64,000 nt of DNA. It comes from an uncultured Gammaproteobacteria bacterium (GTDB lineage Bacteria; Patescibacteriota; Microgenomatia; Levybacterales; UBA12049). How positions within the stretch are numbered: position 1 is the stretch's first letter; every line of letters begins with the position of its first letter. The stretch covers positions 2,803 through 66,802 of the forward strand of contig CAZERI010000001.1 of assembly GCA_964515545.1 (NCBI GenBank), read 5' to 3'. The position numbers were made by a program, and so were the translations under genes. The notes under the pieces are model-generated. The model made no database searches. It saw only the letters and a list, made by a program, of their open reading frames with translations, and had not been told where the DNA came from. Positions 58,172-64,000 of the stretch are shown piece by piece.

Positions 58172-59530
58172 TTGAAGTTACCTCTCTTTTCAAGTAAGAT
58201 TGATCCTATGGAAACCTCTGCCGAAACACCCATCACACCACCAGTGGAGGAGGTATCTCCACCTACTACAGGATCCTCTTCAGAGACACCTGACGAATCC
58301 CCTACCGATACGCCTGAAGGTGGAGCTGACACCTCAGAGAAGAAAAGAGATGTAAGCTCTGAACAACAAAGACGCGAGTTAGGATATGTAGCCGATACTC
58401 TGCGAAATAGAAAAATAGAAGCTGCTCTTGCCAAGCTAGAAACCGGCGAGTCTCTGAGCGAGGGAGAAAAAAAACTTATTGGACTTCATAATTTAGTTAC
58501 TAAAGAAGAGGGAGACTATACAAGCGAGGGTGCTGAAGGGGTGGATAACAGCATTCCCTTTACAGAGGGTAAGCCTGTCTTTATTGAGGTCAGCTCAGGG
58601 GTAAAACGTCAGCTTCTTTCGATTACAGGACGGCACACAACAGCAGATAATCAATCCTATTTTTCCTGCCAATTCAAAGCTGTCGACGAAGGGACAATCT
58701 TTGGGAGAGACATCCCTGTAAGTGAGGTCATAAAAGCACAATATCTTTCTGAAGCAGCAGTGATTGCCCAGGATTTTACGCCCGCAGAGCAGCAGCTTCT
58801 CAATCTCCACAACGATATTCTCCGCGATGGCGAATCTGCGCTAACATCACAAAAGACAGAAGAGATAAATGAACTTATTACTAACGTTTCTGAGGAGCAA
58901 GGGATCATCACATCAGGAGATATTGTCGGCCTTCTGGACTCTCAAGCTGAGACTATTCCCCCCGAACAACAGGCACAACTCCAACAGGCTCGAGCAGCAC
59001 TTGAGAAGATGAATGTTATAACAGATGGATCGCAAATGGCTGAAGTACTGACTACTCTTGGCATTAGCCAAGAAGGCTTAGCTACTGAAACGAGTAAGGT
59101 ATCTGAAGAACTCCAACAACTTCAAGAGCAATTAGCCAAAACCCCAGACGATGAAGCACTCAAAGAACAACTTACTAAGAAGCAAAAGTACCTAGAAACT
59201 ATGCAATCCATCCAAGAACAAGTCGCTTCGGGGCTAGACTTTAGCAAATACTTCGAAAACGTTAGAACAGGAAAAGTAACACCTGAACAGCGTCAAGCCT
59301 TAGCTGAAGCTATGCGTAAAGGAGATATCCAAGGAATGCTTGCTGCTATGCCCGAATTCGCTGATGATCCAACTGATACTCCCGAAGAAAAAGCAGAAAA
59401 AGAAGCCCAAAGAAAGGCATTGGCTGAAAGGATGGCCACTGGCGGGCTTATAGGCCTGGGAGCCATCCTCGGTATCATGTGGCAAGTCGTCTCTGTTGAA
59501 TCCAAAGAACTCAAGAAATCCCTGAGATAA
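58172..59530 (+). CDS. acidic coiled-coil protein with C-terminal TM anchor, unknown function
   Basis: E/Q-rich, PT-rich N-terminus. C-terminal GGLIGLGAILGIMWQVVSV. Divergent from the 972-aa gene with a 15-bp gap. Confidence 0.5.
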   Translation: MKLPLFSSKIDPMETSAETPITPPVEEVSPPTTGSSSETPDESPTDTPEGGADTSEKKRDVSSEQQRRELGYVADTLRNRKIEAALAKLETGESLSEGEKKLIGLHNLVTKEEGDYTSEGAEGVDNSIPFTEGKPVFIEVSSGVKRQLLSITGRHTTADNQSYFSCQFKAVDEGTIFGRDIPVSEVIKAQYLSEAAVIAQDFTPAEQQLLNLHNDILRDGESALTSQKTEEINELITNVSEEQGIITSGDIVGLLDSQAETIPPEQQAQLQQARAALEKMNVITDGSQMAEVLTTLGISQEGLATETSKVSEELQQLQEQLAKTPDDEALKEQLTKKQKYLETMQSIQEQVASGLDFSKYFENVRTGKVTPEQRQALAEAMRKGDIQGMLAAMPEFADDPTDTPEEKAEKEAQRKALAERMATGGLIGLGAILGIMWQVVSVESKELKKSLR

Positions 59531-59647
59531 TTTTCACAGAAATTGGTACTATTTACATCCTCTTTTGACACACTTTGAATGGCTTGAAAGCAGATTTTTC
59601 ACGTTATAGCATGTTATTATCACTACTTATTAGTGTGATCACTGTCT

Positions 59648-60868
59648 ATGGAAAATCATCCTATCCCACAAGATGTAACAGGATTTCAGTTTAAGCTTAT
59701 CGGCAATATGACGGTAAAGCAGTTTGCCTACTTAGCAGCTGGAGGAGTCATTGCCGTCCTCTTTTACTATCTGCCTGTTTTTATTCTCCTTAAGCTGGTA
59801 ATCATGGTCTTAGGCGGAGGGTTAGGGGCTGCCCTTGCCTTTCTTCCTGTTGAGGGACGTCCACTAGATCTTATGATTACCAATTTCATTCGAGATCTCT
59901 TTGCCCCCACTCAATATATGTACCATAAAGAGGGAGGCATGCTGGCTATTTCCATGATTTCTCTCACACCACCCAAACCCGAAAAAAAAACTACCTCTCA
60001 AAAAAAGAAAACTGAAGATAAGCAGTTTGAACGCGAGGTTAAACTTAATGAGTTTCTTAGTCATTTAGCAAAAAGTGCCCACACTAAATTAGATGAGAGA
60101 GAAGATCTGTACTTATCGGCTATCTTTAACCCTAATGCTACTCCGCAGTTAGTCTCTCTTTTTGAACAAAAGGCAGCTGCCGGACACGAGTTATCAGACG
60201 AGGAAGCTCTCCGCGTGAAGATGATCCAGTCCCCTGAGGATATGGAGCATCAGCTGGAGAGAGAATCCGAAGCTATCAAACAGGAACTTGCCTTAGCGGT
60301 AAAAGAAGAACAAACACTTCAAGAGAAGCACCAATCAACTGCTGAGGTGCATGTCCATGTCGGAGATCTGGAAAAACAACTCCAAGACATGCTCCAACAG
60401 AAGCAGCAGCTCGAACAGGAACTTTTAAAGCTGAAAGGACAACAGCCAGTAAATCCTCCTCAAAACCAAGAAACACCCTCTCAGAAGCCTGCTACTCAGG
60501 ATTCCCAAAATGTACGCGTTGTTCCCACTGACAAAGCATCCAGCATCGGACTTCCTGCAGTGCCTGATGTTCCTAATATCGTCCTAGGAATTGTTAAAGA
60601 TCCAAGGGGAAATGTTCTCTCGGGAATTCTCGTTGAGATTCGTGATAAAGACGGCAGTCCCGTCCGCGCATTTAAGACAAATGGTCTTGGCCAATTTGCC
60701 TCAGCCACCCCCCTGAGTAATGGAGTCTATACAGTAGAATTTGAAGACCCTAAAGGCAAGCAGCAATTTGAAGTCGTACAAATTGAAGCGAAAGGAGAGA
60801 TAATGCTGCCTCTTGAGATTATTTCTCATGACGCCAGAGAGCAACTAAGAAAAGAGCTTTTTAACTAA
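59648..60868 (+). CDS. membrane protein with N-terminal 2-TM domain (VirB3/PrgI-like position and topology), central coiled coil and C-terminal beta domain
   Basis: FKLIGNMTVKQFAYLAAGGVIAVLFYYLPVFILLKLVIMVLGGGLGAALAFLPV. Located two genes upstream of virB4. Confidence 0.5.
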   Translation: MENHPIPQDVTGFQFKLIGNMTVKQFAYLAAGGVIAVLFYYLPVFILLKLVIMVLGGGLGAALAFLPVEGRPLDLMITNFIRDLFAPTQYMYHKEGGMLAISMISLTPPKPEKKTTSQKKKTEDKQFEREVKLNEFLSHLAKSAHTKLDEREDLYLSAIFNPNATPQLVSLFEQKAAAGHELSDEEALRVKMIQSPEDMEHQLERESEAIKQELALAVKEEQTLQEKHQSTAEVHVHVGDLEKQLQDMLQQKQQLEQELLKLKGQQPVNPPQNQETPSQKPATQDSQNVRVVPTDKASSIGLPAVPDVPNIVLGIVKDPRGNVLSGILVEIRDKDGSPVRAFKTNGLGQFASATPLSNGVYTVEFEDPKGKQQFEVVQIEAKGEIMLPLEIISHDAREQLRKELFN

Positions 60869-60874
60869 ATCTTT

Positions 60875-61534
60875 ATGAAAACATCTGCCCAGAAAAATCA
60901 CAATTCAACCCAAAAATTCACTGAGATTGTTGATATCGTTGATGATATCGTTCTCTTCTCAGGAGGAACTGCCGGCATTGTTATTGAGATTACTGCCAGT
61001 AACTTTGCCCTTCTTTCTAAAAAAGAACAGGATGCTAAAATCTATGCCTATGCCTCTCTTCTCAATTCGCTTACGTTCCCTATCCAAATTATCATTCGTA
61101 ACAAACGTATGGATATCAGCTCATACTTAAAGGATCTCGAGGAGCAGGAACTAGGAACAAAAAATGATCTTCTGGCTCGTCACATCGCTATGTATCGTGA
61201 CTTTGTCCGCGAGATGGTAAAAGTTAATGTAGTTTTAAATAAAGCCTTCTATGTCGTCATAGGATTTTCTTCTCTCGAGGCAGGCCTAAGCGGAGTAAAA
61301 TCACAAGTGGCTAGAAATGAAGTCGAAAAAGAAGCATTTGTCACTGCAGCTCAGAAGGCGTTATATAACAAAGCTGATTCTGTCCATCAACAGCTTGGCA
61401 AGCTGGCTGTGACTGCCAAAACACTTGAGAAGGAAGAGCTCATTAAACTCTTCTATGATATTTTTAATGATGCTCCTATCCAAGGTACCCAGGCTGATTC
61501 AGATATTAATACGCCTTTAATAAAACCTGCCTAA
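60875..61534 (+). CDS. hypothetical cytoplasmic protein immediately upstream of virB4
   Basis: 219-aa ORF, coupled to the VirB4 start (1-nt gap). Confidence 0.5.
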   Translation: MKTSAQKNHNSTQKFTEIVDIVDDIVLFSGGTAGIVIEITASNFALLSKKEQDAKIYAYASLLNSLTFPIQIIIRNKRMDISSYLKDLEEQELGTKNDLLARHIAMYRDFVREMVKVNVVLNKAFYVVIGFSSLEAGLSGVKSQVARNEVEKEAFVTAAQKALYNKADSVHQQLGKLAVTAKTLEKEELIKLFYDIFNDAPIQGTQADSDINTPLIKPA

Positions 61535-61535
61535 T

Positions 61536-63623
61536 ATGGGATTATTTAATAAAAAACAGCCAGTACCTCAGCCAGCAGCCCAGACTGGAACACCTGCTGT
61601 GCCTTCCACCCAACCGACAGCAGCCTCGAGTGTTAAAGCAACAAAAAGTTCTACACCTCAGGCAAATGGTATTCAAAAACTTGAGAAGGGCATGATGTCA
61701 CTTGTTGATCTCATTGCTCCTTCCTCAGTTGAGGTAGATTTCCGTTACATCAGGGTGGGAGAGAAATTTTATTCGACATTGTTTATCGTCGGCTATCCCC
61801 GTTTTGTCTCACCAAACTGGCTGCAGCCTATTATTGACTACGACCATACGTTGGATATCTCCATGTTTTGTTATCCTACTCAATCAGGGGATGTTCTCTC
61901 AGATCTCCGGCGTAAAATTGCTGAGATGGAAGCAACCATTATGTCTGATGAGGAGAATGGCAAACCAGCTAATCCTACTGTCCAAGCAGCACTTGAGGAC
62001 GCTCTGGCTCTCCAGGAAGAATTAGCAAAAGGTGTAGAGAGATTTTTTCAGTTTAGCTTCTATATCAACCTCTCAGCAGATAGTGTCGGTGAGTTAGAGG
62101 AAGCAACCAAGCAACTCCGGACAACTCTCGCCTCTCTTCTTCTCACAGCCAAGACAGCTACACTCCAGATGGAAGAGGGCTTTAAATCAAGTATTCCTAT
62201 GGCCCAGGATCGCCTTTTTATTACCAGAAATATGGATACTACTTCCCTTGCCTCAACTTTCCCTTTCACATCCGCTGTACTGACACAAAATAAGGGCGTG
62301 ATGTATGGAGTCAACCAGCAGAATGGCTCTCTTATTATCTTTGATCGTTTCTCCCTAGAGAACGCCAATGAGGTAGTACTCGGTAAATCTGGAGCCGGAA
62401 AATCTTATCTTATTAAGCTTGAGATCATGCGTCAATTTATGTTAGGAACTGAGGTTATTGTGGTAGATCCAGAAGGTGAGTATGAGACATTGGTGGGAGA
62501 ATTAGGTGGAGAGATCGTAGAATTCTCATCTGCCTCCCCTATCAAAATTAATCCTTTTGATCTCTCTCAACTCTATGAACCAGGAGAAAATGAATTAGGG
62601 CTTAAGATTCTCTCTCTCCATGGACTCATGAAACTAATTATGGGAACCTTAGATGCTGAACACGATGCAATCCTTGATAGAGCGTTAGTTGAGACATATC
62701 ATCAGAAAGGCATTACCCCCGATCCTGCTACTCAAAAACTAACTCCACCACTTCTTGAGGATCTTTATAAGACTCTTCTCGGTATGGAGACTCAAGCAGG
62801 TAAAGAAATGGCATTTCAGCTTGAAAAATTTATTAAAGGAAGTGCCTCAGGTATTTTTAACCAAGCCTCAAATTTCGATATCACAAATCCCTTAACTGTA
62901 TTTAATATTAAAAATCTTGAGGAAGAGTTACGCCCTATTGCCATGCATATTATTCTTGATTTCGTCTGGACAAAGGTTAAGAAATCTCTTAAAAAGCGAC
63001 TCCTCGTTTTAGACGAAGCGTGGTATATGATGAAGTTTGAAGACTCAGCTTCATTTGTCTACTCTATTGCCAAGAGAGCACGTAAATATTACTTGGGACT
63101 TACTACCGCGACACAAGACGTAGAAGACTTCCTCAAAACGGATTATGGTAAAGCAGTTCTTACTAATTCATCTATCCAAATTCTTCTTAAGCAGGGAACT
63201 GCTGAGGTTGATTTAGTGGGAGAAACCTTTTACTTATCAGAAGGCGAGCGTGAACTCCTCCTTTCTGCGGATATTGGAGAAGGACTCTTCTTTGCCGGAC
63301 AAAATCACGTAGCACTCAAGGTACTTGGTGCCCCATTTGAACATGATCTTATTACTTCCAACCCAGAGGAGCTTATCCATAATCAGCAGCCTCTCTCTCA
63401 AGAGGTGCAGACTCCCGTGCCTGAAACTACTCTCCCTGATGGAATTCCAGACAATACGACTCCACCCCTACCTGTCCCTGATCAGTCAGTACCTGTAGCA
63501 GCACCGGAAACTCCTGCTACGCCTGCTGCTCCTCCATCATCAAACGTATCAGGAGAGACTCCGCCTCCAGCCAACAACCCTTCCTTAAATGGAATTCCTA
63601 CCCCTTCAAATCAGGTTCAATAA
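61536..63623 (+). CDS. virB4: type IV secretion ATPase VirB4/TrbE family
   Basis: Walker A VVLGKSGAGKSYLIK, VVVDPEGEY, Walker B LLVLDEAWYMM, RKYYLGLTTATQ. 695 aa with PT-rich C-tail. Confidence 0.9.
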   Translation: MGLFNKKQPVPQPAAQTGTPAVPSTQPTAASSVKATKSSTPQANGIQKLEKGMMSLVDLIAPSSVEVDFRYIRVGEKFYSTLFIVGYPRFVSPNWLQPIIDYDHTLDISMFCYPTQSGDVLSDLRRKIAEMEATIMSDEENGKPANPTVQAALEDALALQEELAKGVERFFQFSFYINLSADSVGELEEATKQLRTTLASLLLTAKTATLQMEEGFKSSIPMAQDRLFITRNMDTTSLASTFPFTSAVLTQNKGVMYGVNQQNGSLIIFDRFSLENANEVVLGKSGAGKSYLIKLEIMRQFMLGTEVIVVDPEGEYETLVGELGGEIVEFSSASPIKINPFDLSQLYEPGENELGLKILSLHGLMKLIMGTLDAEHDAILDRALVETYHQKGITPDPATQKLTPPLLEDLYKTLLGMETQAGKEMAFQLEKFIKGSASGIFNQASNFDITNPLTVFNIKNLEEELRPIAMHIILDFVWTKVKKSLKKRLLVLDEAWYMMKFEDSASFVYSIAKRARKYYLGLTTATQDVEDFLKTDYGKAVLTNSSIQILLKQGTAEVDLVGETFYLSEGERELLLSADIGEGLFFAGQNHVALKVLGAPFEHDLITSNPEELIHNQQPLSQEVQTPVPETTLPDGIPDNTTPPLPVPDQSVPVAAPETPATPAAPPSSNVSGETPPPANNPSLNGIPTPSNQVQ

Positions 63624-63659
63624 CCATGATTTGTGCTAAGATAGAGCTACTTACTGCCT

Positions 63660-64000
63660 ATGGTTGATGATACTCTGCCACCAGAAAATGATATCCCTCA
63701 AGAAGATCAACCTGATCTTAATAACCCTGATGATCAGGATCATGAACAAAGCCACTCGTCTCGTCCCTCTCCAAAAAAGACCTACGACCAGCTTAAAAAC
63801 CTAAAAAACCTGCGAGGGACACCTAAGCCTCCTTTAGGAACACCAGCTCCGACAGCCGGAGTAGGATCTGCTGCTGCTGGAGAAGGAGCCACGGCAGGAA
63901 CTGGAGTAGCGGGAAGTACTGGTACTGGTGCTGCTGCTACAAGTGCAGGAACGGCTGCAGGAAGTACAGGCGCTGCAGCCTCAGGTGCCGGAGCTGCAGC
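63660..64000 (+). CDS. partial ORF, acidic N-terminus then Gly/Ala/Thr-rich low-complexity region (continues beyond window)
   Basis: ATG at 63660. Open to window end: MVDDTLPPENDIPQED...GTPAPTAGVGSAAAGEGATAGTG. Confidence 0.4.
   Translation, partial: MVDDTLPPENDIPQEDQPDLNNPDDQDHEQSHSSRPSPKKTYDQLKNLKNLRGTPKPPLGTPAPTAGVGSAAAGEGATAGTGVAGSTGTGAAATSAGTAAGSTGAAASGAGAA

Overview
Low-GC bacterial chromosome segment whose gene content is typical of Candidate Phyla Radiation / Patescibacteria-like genomes: purine salvage without de novo synthesis, class A PBPs, a class II RNR, ComF and type IV secretion components. Read in order: partial dnaG; two tandem HAD-IIB phosphatases; a purine interconversion cluster (guaA, purA, an adenosine deaminase family gene, a CBS-less IMPDH-like gene); tRNA-Met(CAT); an odd tRNA-like structured RNA; ftsB-like; a xerC/D-like recombinase; tRNA(UAU); a VirD4/TraG-type coupling ATPase. 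Next is a vitamin B12 island on the minus strand: nrdR, class II (adenosylcobalamin-dependent) RNR nrdJ, two predicted cobalamin riboswitches, a DUF4430 B12-binding protein, an ECF S-component-like membrane protein, a PduO-type adenosyltransferase, and an uncharacterised zinc-ribbon protein that sits directly behind the second riboswitch. Then come GAPDH, cell-envelope genes (two class A PBPs, SpoIID/LytB-like, LytR_C, CvpA-CAP, a LamG surface protein), pentose genes (rpe, rpiB, a PfkB kinase), smpB with an adjacent tmRNA, comF, and a tRNA cluster holding all four tRNA-Ser isoacceptors, two tRNA-Arg and a decayed tRNA-Ser remnant. The last ~20 kb (44.3-64 kb) is a type IV secretion / conjugative-pilus-like locus. 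It contains a VirB6/TrbL-like polytopic protein, four tandem VirB2/TrbC-like pilin paralogs (two share a 150-bp identical tract), a large secreted protein with a C-terminal pilin domain, VirB4, and several giant proteins with no recognisable domains. An AAA-ATPase plus winged-helix regulator lies in the same locus. This last locus, together with the riboswitch-controlled unknown protein, is the most likely novel system in the window. No CRISPR array, rRNA or obvious transposase was seen.
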